Shown here: positions 1 to 11,783 of the stretch, in pieces
Position numbering within the stretch: position 1 is the first letter of the stretch
Layout: each line of letters begins with the position of its first letter
Assembly (NCBI GenBank): GCA_013239625.1
Contig: MU053588.1
Span: 3,500,799-3,564,798 of the forward strand
Source: Lama guanicoe
Taxonomy: Eukaryota
Length of the DNA stretch: 64,000 nucleotides
Direction: 5' to 3'
The notes under the pieces: generated by a model
What the model was told of the DNA's origin: nothing
The model's input: only the letters and a program-made list of their open reading frames with translations
Database searches by the model: none
Made by a program: the position numbers and the translations under genes

Positions 1-3000
1 TCCATCTGTCCGCCAGCTCCCTGCATGTCCTCTGTCCGTCCTCCCCTGACACGTGGCCAGTCTCCCCCGCCGTCTGCCTGTCCTCCCCACCCCAGCCCTA
101 AGTCTGTCCGTCCTTTTCCTGGGACCCCTCCCCCCATCTGTCCACCAGTCTTCTCAACACTCCGCCTTTGTCCGTCTGTCTGACTCCCACCCCACCCCCA
201 ACACAGGCTAATGCCCTGGCTGGCTGCCTCACGGGTCTTCCCGACGGCCTGTGTGGCTGTCTGTCTGTCCTTCCTGTCATCCCCTGCCTGCATCCTTCCG
301 CCACCTTCCAGGGGTTACGGGGGAGGGGTGGGGGAGGGGTGGGATGCGATTTGCTCCCCATCCCCCAGCAGACCTGACTCCCCAGGCTCTGGATTCTCTT
401 CGTGTTCCCCCACGCCCTGGGTGCGGCCTGGGCCAGTTCCAGCCCTGCTCCCCCTGCCACCTTCCTAGGAACTCAGGGCTGCCTGTCCTCCTCCCTGAAC
501 CCCTCTTAACTGCTTCTCCCCTTCTAGCCTCCCTGCTCCCCTTAACGGCCTCCCCTTCCCTCCCTTCTACCCCACCCTCCCCTCCCTCCCTTCCTAATCC
601 TCCCTGTGCCAAGCTCTGCCCTCAGGGGGGATCCAGAGGTGAATCAGACACAGGCCTTGCCCTCAGGAGACTTGAGTCAGCCAGGGACCCCCGGGGTGGG
701 AGTGGGGGTGGCACACTGTGTCAGAAGAAGTTCAGAGCGCCTAGGGGGTAGGGTGGGGGGATGTCAATCAGTGCTGAGAATCAGAGTCTAATCTGCAGTA
801 GTGTACACAGCAGGGTACTTTAGCCAGGTGGTTAGGAACACAGACAGCCCCCTTCCCCCCAGTTCACCCTCCTCCCGCCCGGCCAGGCTGCCTTGGCCCG
901 CTTCCAACACTAGCTAGCTGAGCAACAGCGGGCAAGGACTTTGGCGTCTCAGTTTCCTCACCTGTAAAATCGGGACGATGCTAATATCAGCACCTTCCTC
1001 ATAGGGCTGTTGCTGAGAGAAGTAAAAGAGTTAATCTGTGTGTAGAGTTTGGGCCAGTGCCTGCTCAGAGCAAATACCATTAACGTGCTCATTGTCATGG
1101 CTCTTGTAACTGTGCACAGACCCTGTTCAGCCCAGGCCCATCCTCCATCCCCCACCTCCACCCGGGAATCTTGTGTTCCTATGGTTCAGGGAGGGCTGTG
1201 GCAGGGGGTAGTTTAGGGAGATAGATTCTTGAGGGGAGGGAGTCAGCTTACACCCTTCCTGGTTTCACCCTCAGTCACCTTTAGTGATGTTCAGGCACCT
1301 GGAGGCCTCTTTCAAGGGTGTTACCTGCAATCTAAAGGGATGAGTTAGCACTCACAGAGGGGTCCTTGCGCTCCTTGGGGGTTTAAAAAGATTCTAATGG
1401 ATGTTACAGACACTAGAGATGTTGTCTCTCCTTCTCGGGTAGTAAGTTCAGTCCACTGGGTGCTACAGGCTGGTAAGGGTATTGTCTCTCTTCCTCTCCC
1501 TCTCTCTTTTGTAGGGGGCATTAAACACCCTGAGGGTGTTCCCTCTCAGCGGGGTGTTAATGATAGTCTTCTGCTATTGCAGCCTCCCCGGGGATGTTAA
1601 GTACAGCTTAATGGTTCCCCTAGTGTGAGATGCTTCCTTCAAGTCAAGTAGGTGTAGGTGATACTGCTAACGAGTAAACACACTGAATACACAGCCGCAG
1701 CGGGTGTCACGCTCCCCCTCTCCTCGGAAATGCGGTACAGCAAGAACTCTGGCTTTTACTGAGCAGCTACTGTGTGCTCACAGAGCAGGACACACTCTGA
1801 TGTCCATCTTCCCAACCACCTGGGGCTCAGAGAGGGAACATAGCTTGCCCAAAGATGCAGAGCCCAAAAGGTGTTACAGAAATCAGGAAGGTGTCTTCTC
1901 TGGAGGGGAGTTCTGAGCAGTCAGATGGGTGATGTACATCAGTGTGACGTACAGCCTATCTGGTCCTGGCCACTGAGGGCATTAGAGCTCTCCTTGGGGT
2001 CCTTCATACTCCCCTGTTGAGCACTGTAAGCCCCTCGCGTGTGTCACCTACAACCTAACGGTGTTTCTGACACCCTGAGTTGCCTTCCTCTCTCCTAGAG
2101 GTGTGGTGGCTTGGAGATAAAGAGTGTGATAGTCCTCTTGACTGATGCTCTTTTCTGTCTTGCGGGTACCACTAACATTGCAAGGATGGGTGCTGTATGC
2201 TCTGTAAAAAACAGCATCTTCCCAGAGGGTGTGCTGTCTTGCTGAAAGGTATAACATGCAGCCAGTTGAGTTCTTTCTGCTCAGAAGGTGTTCTTTCTCT
2301 TTCCCCACGTGTCCTTTTGTGCATCTAATGTTCTTAAAATACATTCCAGTTGGTGTTCTCGATGCCCTGTTCTAGCTTTCTTAAAGGGTGTCAATTCCAC
2401 CTGAAGGGTGTTGTCACTCTCCCAAAGGATGCCACGTGCAGATGAGGTTCTGGAACCTCTTCTGTGGCATTCAGAGCCACCCACTGTGAAGGTGCCAGAA
2501 AGATGTCCCCACAGCCTGGTGGGTGTCACAGACACCTAAGAGGTACAGATCTAGCTGGTGAGCTATCTTCAGGGATGCTGTGTACAGTCTGGGTTGTTCT
2601 AGACATCCAGAGGATGCTGGCTCTCATGAGGGGTCTTAAGTACAGCTTAATGATGGGGTAGAGACACCCAGGGCAGGGGCGTCCTGCTAGCTTCTTGAAA
2701 GAGTGTTGGTCTCTGCAGAGACAAGTGAAGGAGTTCTAATTTTCTAGCAGCATTTTTCACATGATTTTGAAGTAGCAATGCTGACAGCAGGGGTGTTTAT
2801 TTGGGGCTTGGCATGGGGCCAAGTGCTCTCCCCTCTCCCTTCTTAACCCTGGCATGTAGTTGACATTATTGCTCCATTTTCCAGATGAGAAAACTGAGAT
2901 GACGGTGGGGGGGATGTTTAGTGACTTGCTCAAGTGAGGTGTGGTGATCAGGAGAGTGGAGCCTGGAGCCTGTCTGAAGTCTTCCTCATCCCCTTGGCAC

Positions 3001-3929
3001 CTCAGTATTGGCACCTGGGGGTCCGTGTGGCTGGGGAGATCTCTCAGTGCTATCCTGGACACTACTGTCTTGCCCCAGACACTTTCCCCTCCAGAGGCAG
3101 GTAACTCCAAGGGCCATCCTCTGAGGATGTGGCATTGGGGCTTGGGGGAGGAGCCTGACCTTAGAGATAGGAGAGAGCAGTGGGGGAGGGAAGGGAGAAG
3201 GGGCGAGGAAGGGGCAAGAGAAGGAAAAGGAGAGTAAATCATAAGGACAAGGGCCAGGCTGGGCCAGGGCATCAGGGTGGGAACTGAATTCTGAGGCTGG
3301 GGGCTGCTGCTCTTCGGGCCCTGAGGCCAGTGGCTACTTACTTGTTACTTCAATGGGATCAGATCCTGGGATGGAACCCTTCCCTGTCACTGCAGGTGTG
3401 TGTGTGTGTGTGTGTGTGTTTGTGTGTGTCTGTTTGTGCTCCTGTGACCTCGTGGGCTTGTGAAGGGGAGTGTCAGTGTGCCCACCCTGGGTTCTGTCTG
3501 TGATTGTCTCTGTGTTTGTCCACATACCCTGGGCTCATATGTCCGAGGGTTTGTGTGTCAGGGGTGGAGTGCAGCTGTATGTCACCATGGATCTGTGTGT
3601 GTCCATGTGTCCAGTTTGTAGTTCAGTGGATCAGGGAGTGCCTGTGGGTCAGGGTAGGTCTGTGTGTGCAGGCTGCGTGTCCATCTGTTTGTGTATATGC
3701 TTCTCTGTGTGTGTGTGTGCGCTACAGCTGTGTGTCCATATGTCCATAGGCCGTGTCCTGTGTGCGTGTTTGCACTGTCGGTGTTACTGTGTCCGTCTGT
3801 CCCCATGTCCGTGTCTGTGTGTCTGCTACCCAGACTGTGTGTGCGCCAGTCGTGTCCAGGTCCAGTTCTCCGTGTCCATCAGGGGTCCTGGCCACGTAGC
3901 TGCCGCCTCTATCTCACGCCAGTCCGTCT

Positions 3930-4880
3930 GTCCGAGCGTCCTCGTCGGGAAGGGAGGGGCGGGGCGGGCAGCGGAGGGAAGGGGAGAGGAGGGGGGTCTC
4001 CACCTCTCCACCCACCCCCGCCCCCAGCCCCCACTCCTTCAGTCCCGGGATCGAACCTTATTTAGAGTCGCGATTCGACATCTGTTTTCAAATTTGATCA
4101 GCTCTGAACTTTATTTTCCGAGTTTGAGGAAAATTATATTCCATCGATCGCGCTCCCGCCCCCTCCCCCGCACCGCCCGCCGCCGCCGCCGCCTCCATAT
4201 ATCTGCGCGCCGAGCCGGGCCGGGCGGCCGCGAGGGCGGGAGGCGCGCGGCGCGCGCGGAGGAGCAGCGGGAGGAGGAGGAGGAGGAAGAGCGGGAGGAG
4301 GCGCGGCAGGCCGGCCGCCCCCGCGCCCCCGCCCCGGCCGCGCTGCCCCGCGCCTCGCTCGCTGCGCCACCGCCCGCCGGAGCTCCGTCCCCAGCTTCCC
4401 GCGTCTCCATCTCTCTTTGCGCGTCTCTGTGTCGGGGTCTCTCTCTCTGCGTCTCCCTGTCTCTGCTTCGCCCCCGTCTCTGGGTCTCTGGCCGTCTCTC
4501 GGTGTTCCGGTCTCTCAGTGGCTCTCGCTCCCTGCTCGTGCCCCCTCTGGCTCCGTTCCCTGGGGCTCCGGGTATCTCTCCCCGTTCCGNNNNNNNNNNN
4601 NNNNNNNNNNNNNNNNNNNNNNNNNNNNNNNNNNNNNNNNNNNNNNNNNNNNNNNNNNNNNNNNNNNNNNNNNNNNNNNNNNNNNNNNNNNNNNNNNNNN
4701 NNNNNNNNNNNNNNNNNNNNNNNNNNNCTGCGTCCGACTCCTGGGAGGTGGGGGGGGGAGAGGCTGGAGGTGGGCCCTCGGGGCGGGGGTGCGGGACAGT
4801 CCGGGCTCCGGGGGAATGCGGGCGAGCGCGGGAGATGAGGGCGGTGAGAGCGCAGGCTGGCGGGCCGACCTGAGGGTGGG
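3930..4880 (+). promoter_or_regulatory. CpG island; probable distal ERFL promoter and non-coding first exon
   Basis: Dense CpG, a (GCC)n run then CATATAT at ~4196, followed by a GC/GAG-rich UTR-like stretch. The ERFL ATG exon has its own acceptor (exon begins 16916), so an upstream exon must exist. Interrupted by an N gap. Confidence 0.6.
4590..4727. other. Assembly gap (138 N)
   Basis: N run. Confidence 1.
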
Positions 4881-7809
4881 TGTGTCTGGACATTTGGGGC
4901 AAGAGTATTGGTGAGGTTTAGAGAGCAGGGCTGAGGACTTGAAATTTGGGACATGGGGGCTCAGAGCCAAGAGACTGGATATTTGGGGTTGTGAGCTGAC
5001 TGGGGCTAGGGGTCAGAACTGGGGGTGTGGATATGTGGAGTGAGGTCAGCATGGGGGGTTGGATTGGGGGGCTGGGAGGTCTGGATTTGGAACTGGAGTT
5101 CAAGGTTGAGGGTATGCCAATTTGGCTTTGGATATTTGGGGTCTGGATATTTGCTGTGAGGGGTCCCAGGGGCTGTGGGAAGCACATTTGGGCCAATTCT
5201 GGGGTCTGCACATTCCTGGCTGGGAGTGCAGGCCCCGCCATGATCTTTCGGGGCCCATGTCCTTCTGGGGACAGGTAGCCTAGTGCTGCAGACCTCTGTC
5301 CCAGTCATTCCACAACTATCCCAGGACCATGCTGGGCCCCCTCTGCCATCTTTTCCCTGGCTGGGTCTCTCATTGTCTGTCTCTGTCTCTTCCAATATCT
5401 CTGTGCCCACCTCGAACTCTCCCAGACTTTATCTCTCTGTCTCTCTCTGACTCTTTATCTGTGTCTCTCAAAGCATCTCTCTCTACCTCTTTGGGTCCAA
5501 CTCTTAGACTGTGTCTCAGAATCTCTGTGCCTATCTCTCTTTTCCTCTGTCTTTCTCAGCGTCTCTCTGTCTCTCTGTCTCTGCCTCTATCTCTCACTGT
5601 CTCTCTGTCTCTGTCTCTCCCAGTGTCTCTGTCTCCCCCTCGCTGGTTTCCGCTCAGATTAAGCCGGGAACCTAATTCCAGGCCCAGGATCGAATTTTCT
5701 GGCAACAAAGGGAAATAGCGAATCGATCGGTCGCTCCGGAGATTAAGAGACAAGCGGCGCGCGGATCTATCACGGCTAAACGGCCCCTACTCCCGCTCCC
5801 CCCGCCCGGCCGGCCCGCCGAGGCCCAGACGCGCTTCGCATCGTCAAGCAGCCTCAGGAGCCCCGGCTGCCCGGCAGGCCAAGCCCAGAGCTAACGGTGC
5901 TTCTGCGGAGGGCCAGAGCCGCGGGAGGGGTCCGGGAGCGCGGCCTGCCCCTGGGGCAGGGACGAGAGGGTAGTGAGTGAAATGGAGGCCGCAGACCTCC
6001 CCAAAGAGTCATGCTGCACACACCTGTGAGCTCAGGTAACCCTTTTCACCCACATCTGTCAACACACCTGACACCTCAATGGTCCCCCTTCAGTTCCCCA
6101 CATCTGGACCTCCAGGCAGCATCTGTCTCCTTATACCTGTCCCCTTTTGGTAACACCTGTCCTTCACACCTGTTCCCTTCATCTGCCCCTGTAGGCATCA
6201 CTTATAACCCTCCCACCTGTCCCGCCAGGTAATACTTCTCCTCTGAAACCGGCCCCAAAGATGCCCATGATAAAGCTCACCTGCACCTCCAGCTAACACC
6301 TGTTCTCCAAAATCTGCCCTTTCCACCTGAATCCCTGCATCTGTCTCATTTCATACCACATTATCCCCTTCCTACCTGCACCTGCACCGCCCCGCCAGTC
6401 CTCTAAAGCTGTAAACACACTTGCTTCTCACACATCCATATTTCTCCATCTCTACCCCGCTCCTCGGCAGTACCTGTGCACCGCGTCTTATCTCTCTCAC
6501 ACACACACCCCTTCTTTTGCACTGAAGTACTCACACGCGCATCTCCTGGTCTGTCCTCAGGTAATGCTCCCTCCCACCCTCCTGGTTCTCACCTGTGCCT
6601 CTCCCTTACAATGCTAACCTTGTCCACCCTCAACAGCTGCCTTCCAGAAACACTTCCCACACACGGGTCACCAGAGAACATGCCTGCTTCACACCATTCT
6701 CTCTGTCTGCGCCTAACTCCCTCACACTTCATCTTCCGTTGTTTGACATAAGTACATCTCCTTCCAGAGGCTTCTCCGGTGCCTGTCTTTCCCACCTATC
6801 ATTTCAGGTAACTCATCCCAGACAACAACGCTTGCGCCAACCCCACCACCACCTGATTGCTTACATGTGCGGTGGTCCCCAGGTGTCAACAGTAGCCCTC
6901 CTCCTCAGGTCCCTCCCCTGCCACTGCCACGATGTCTCCTCTAAGCCCTGGTCCTCTGAAAATCCTACCTGTCCCACTTGCGCACTTGCTGCTCGCCTGT
7001 ATCTGACTCGTTCTTACTGTCTCTCTGTCTCTCAGTGCACAACTTCATGCTTATACACATTTGGGCAGGGAATCTGTCCCTGGCCCCAGGTCTCTGCCTC
7101 ACCTGTATACCTGTCCTTCAGGTACTATCTATCCACCTCTCTTCTCTTTCCACATACCTAATTTCCCAAGTTCCTCGCTTCCTTATTCCTTGCCTCACAG
7201 GGTCACACCAGTATCTCCACACACCTGCCCCATTGCTCACCTGTCTACCTCAGGTATCACCTGCTCTGGTTCACTTATTTCTTCAGCAAACAGGTATTGA
7301 GATGTCCACACACACATCCCCCCTCCTTAATCTCCCTCTGCTTTACATCTCTTCAGCCTGGTTTCTGCCATGCCCCCGGCCTCCCCAGCCTGTCCCCAAA
7401 GAGAACTCCTACTCCTGGCCACACTCCTGTCCCACAGATGTGCACCTGACTTCCAACACCAGGTCCCCCTCTAGCCTTCTCTCCCCACCCCTACAGCCAC
7501 GTAGTCCTCGTTCCTTTAAGCTTTTTCAAACCTTGTGTACCCAGCCCACCCCTCTCTACCATCTGCTCACACCACCTGTCACTCCCACCCCTTTAGAGAC
7601 TAACCTTCAGATCCCTCACACCTGTCTCCAGCCTGCTCCCCTCTGGAAGGACTTGTCCCTTTTCATGGAACATGTTACCCGCCATCTCACTCCTCAGGGA
7701 AGACCTTTCTCGGTAAGCACAAGTAACACCTGTAGCGTTTGTTAAACACGTATAATGCCTGTTCCCAGCTGTCCACAACTGCCGGCTGCGATGTGCAGGA
7801 GCCCTTAAG

Positions 7810-7995
7810 GCAGAGGCTGTCAGACTTCAGTGGGCGTCGGAAACACCTGGAGGGCTGGTGGGACCACAGAGGCCTGGGTTTCACCGCAGAGATCCCAGTG
7901 CAGCAGGTCTGGGGAGGAGCCCGAGCCTGCATTTCTAACCAGCTCCAGGTGGTGGTGCTGCTGCTGGTCCCCGGACCACTCCTAGAGTAGCACCT
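7810..7995. mobile_element. MER5-like hAT DNA transposon fossil
   Basis: Typical ...CACCTGGAGGGCT...AGGTCTGGGG...GCATTTCTAAC...GCTGCTGGTCC...GGACCACT..GAGTAGCA pattern. Confidence 0.7.
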
Positions 7996-10900
7996 GCTCA
8001 TACCAGGTCCCCGGCTGCTGCTTATTGAACCTGCCTCTGCAACGGGCAGTGTTCTCGGTTCTTCATACCCGTTGTCTCATCTCAAACTCACAAGACCTTC
8101 ATGAGGCAAGCACTTAACCCTTCTCCTCATTTTACAGAGAAGGAAACTGAGCCCAGAGACATGGAGTTATTTCTAGGCTCAGCAACTGGTAATACTGGAG
8201 ATTTGTGTCAATCGGAGGCCATCTGACCTCAGGTCAGGTGCCCTTGCCTCCCACACCTGTCACCTGTTAGGTGACCTCCTTCCCCCCAGGCACATCTGTC
8301 CACCTCGTCACTTTGTCATCACTTGCTTCCTCATCACCTTCCAGCTCTCCGGCACCCCAGCCTCACGTCCTCCCTCCACTCTTGCCCTTGGGGAACAACT
8401 CACCTCCCTGCTGGCACACCTGTCTCTAACACTGACTGCCCTGGGCCAACCTTGTCATCCTCACTCCCACCTGCCCCACAAGCTGCATGGAGCCGGCACA
8501 GCCTCCTGCCAACACACCCCTGTTTCCCCCCCCAGACACACCATGCACCTCTTTTCCTGTTTCCTATCCACCCACTTGAGTTTTATCCTGTCCCCCCCTC
8601 TCTCCATCGCTGCTCTATGGGCCCATCGCCTCCATCTGCCTATCCCTGAATCTCTTTGTCTGTCTCTGTTTTTTACCTCCCTCCCTGGCTTTGTTCTCTG
8701 TATTTCTCCATTTCGGTCTCTCTCAGTGTCTGTTTCTCTCCCTGACTCTTTACAGCACTCTGACTCTCTGTGTCCTGCACTCTCTGTCTCTGTCTTATTC
8801 TCTCTCTGCCATCTCCCTCCCCTTCTGTCTCTGTCCCTGGCTGACAACTGAATTCTTGGGGAGCTTGAAGTCATACTGGCCCACATTTGAGTCCAGGCAT
8901 CACCACTCCCTGCTGTGGGACTTTGGCCAAGTTCCTTTCCCTGTCTGAGCCTCAGTTTCCACATCTGTGAAATGGGCTACCTCCCAGGTTGTGGTGAGGA
9001 TGGGATGCTGAGGGAGCAAGAGGACCCGGGGCGGATGGGGGCTGATCTTCCCTCCATGGGGCCCTCTCTCTTGTCTTTCCTCAGGGGCTGCAGCCCCGCC
9101 TGGCTGTCAGTGGAAGTGTGTGTGGTGGGGGAATGGAGAGAGAGGTGGGCAGAGGCGTCCCGGCCGAGGCCTGGGCATGGGACCCGGTGTGGGGCTGGGG
9201 ACAGGGATCGATCTGCCTCGGCGGCAGTGCGCGGGCCAGGATTGCATCTTGTCACAATAATTTATTGCTCTCATCCCGTCTGATCGATGGCGCTGAATTA
9301 GCACCGAGCGATGCCCCTGGAGCCCCGAGCCTCCCCCAGCTCGGCTGGACCCCAGCCCTCCCCTGACCCTTGTGGGATCCCTGGAGCCCAGGCACCCAGT
9401 CCCAGCCAGCCCAGGCCGCACACCTGGGCACTTCGGACACTGGGGTCCTGCCCTCTGTCCCCCACCTCTCTGCCCCCTCACCCCAGGTCTTGCTGCCCCA
9501 CCTCCATCTCTGTCCCTTGGTCTCTGGCTCTCTGTCCCTCGACTTGCCATCTCTCCCTCTGTTTCCCCACCTTGCTTGCTTTAGTCTGAGTTCCATTTAG
9601 ACAGTATTTCCTGAGCACATACTTGGTGCCAAGCCCCATGACCATGACACACAGCACTCCTGCCCTTTGGCCACTGCCATCCAGAGGGGCTGTCTCAGTC
9701 TCTGGGCTCCTGGGACTAGTTGGTCACACTTGCCTCCAGCTTCCTATCCCTCCACCATGCCCTCAGCACCACCAAATCACAGTCATTGCCCCTATGCATC
9801 ATGTCACCATCTCTGATAGAAGGCATGGGGCCAAAAGGTCCAGCTGAGGCAGTGGGGCAAGGCCTGGGGTGTAGGGGTAAGACGTGGAGGCAGCTAGAGT
9901 TGAGAATCAACTTGGCATTGAGAAGAGGTGGGATGAGGCAGGAGTTGGCGTTGGAGATGGGGGTGGGGCCCGGTGGAGGTGAGGAGGAGGAGAAGGGGCA
10001 GGTTTTGGAGTTGGGGTGGCAGCCAGGAGCTCGGTCAGACCCCCCAGGCCACTGACTCCCTCCACCCCAGGACTGCAGGAGGACTGGGGTGGGTGTCGCG
10101 TGACCGTGAACCCACACGTGGGATCTCCCCGTGCCAGCTGGACTTTTCCTTTCCCATCGCTCCCCCTCCACCCTGCAGCTCCCTGCTCTCCCTCATCCAC
10201 GCCTCTGCCTCTGCCCTAATCCCTCAATTTTCCGCATCTCTGCCCCCTCCTCTCCTTCCTCCCTGACCCAGGGTCTCTCCTCCTGGCAGCTCTCTCCCCG
10301 TGACCTCCAGCTCTAATTCATTTTGTGAGGCCTCTCAGATTCACTCCCCTTTCCCGGGTTTCCCTAACTCGGATCTCCCGCTCTGTCTCTCTGTCTCTCT
10401 GTTGTCTCTCTGTCTCTGCCTCTCTCTCTCTGGCTTCTGGCTCCCTCTCTGTCTTTGTGGGACTCTCTCTGGTCTCCCATCTTTTCCCTGTATCTCTCCC
10501 GTCTCTGTTCCAAGCTATTTCCTGCCCCATGCTGCTTCCCCGCCCTTATCTCTCTGTCTCTGCCCCTCTGTGGGTGTCTCTCCCTCTCTGTCTTTCTCCC
10601 CCAGCCCTGTGCTTCCTCCATCTCTCTGGGTCTCCGAGGGGAGGGGCAGGGGTGGGGGAGCAGCCTGAGCTCTGGGTCCACATCTGCGGTTGCGCCTCCC
10701 TCCCTCTCCCCTCCCCCAGCGCTGTTTGGTAGGCGGGGTGCGTGGCACTGCGGCTCCCACCTCCCCAGGGACGCTCCCTCACCACCGCCCCCCCCACTGA
10801 CACTGTTCCGCGCGCTGGCCACAGCCTCAGGGACATCCGTGCAGAGACTGGGACTCTCGGAGACAGACAGAGACCCAGAGAGACACACGCAGCCCCAGAC

Positions 10901-11742
10901 AGAGATGCCCACGAGGGAGAGATAGGGCGAGGGTGGTGTGAAGTCTCCATCTCCGTCCCTGCCCCAGCTCCGTGCTTCCCAAGCACCCCAAACCTGCTGT
11001 CACAGACACACCTTCTCCAGGCTGAAGCCCAGTGCCCATCTGTCTGCCAAACTGTCCCTGTGTCTGTCTTGCACAGCCTCTGCAGAGGTTCCTGTGTGTG
11101 TGTGTATGCACATGTGTGCACGTGTACAAGCTATCTGGACTGTGTGTGTCTGTGGTGTGTGACACTGTGCGTGTGTGTGAGGCTTGGCTGTCTTTTTGTG
11201 TGACTGTGTGACTTGTGTTGCGACACGTGTAAATGTGACATGTGGAGATGTGTGTGTTCCTGGGCACAGGTGACCGAGTGTGGGTGCATGAGACCTCAGG
11301 GCTGAGTGAAGCCACACGTGTTGTTTGTGAGCACATGTGTGACTTGGGTGTGATGCTCAGCTGTGAGCATCTGACTCCCCAGAACTCTGGAGCTGTGCTG
11401 TGCCTGGAATTTCTGAGTTGGGTGGCCACACGCAGTGTTTGGTGTCTGGTGTCTGAGTGACCAGGACAGGAGAGCCCACACGTCTGGGGGCCAGGAGAGG
11501 GCTCAGCCCAAGGGGGACGGGGTGGAAGGACCTGGAGAGTGCCACTCCCACAGGACGCCAGGAGCCAGGCTGCTGAGTGTGGGTGTGAGGATCACAGTGA
11601 AGCAGTAGCTTTGGGACACGGTCACAAAAATCCCCCCAAATCTGTGGGTCAGCCATTGGCTGTGTGAGCTTGTGTGGCAGTGCTGTTGTGTCTCTGAGCC
11701 TGTGGGCTTGTGTCTGCCTCAGGGATCAGATGTGGACGGTGG

Positions 11743-11745
<3 letters not shown>

Positions 11746-11783
<38 letters not shown>
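11746..11783. repeat. (TG)n microsatellite
   Basis: Direct reading. Others occur at ~3396-3430 and ~12114-12136. Confidence 0.95.

Noticed and set aside
311..345. G-quadruplex motif
   Set aside because: The motif is real but G-tracts are ubiquitous in this window, so it is not distinctive.
3470..4873. 467-aa ORF with a poly-Glu stretch
   Set aside because: It runs through TG-repeat, a CpG island and an N gap. Composition is low-complexity, there is no recognisable domain, and overlapping ORFs exist in several frames.
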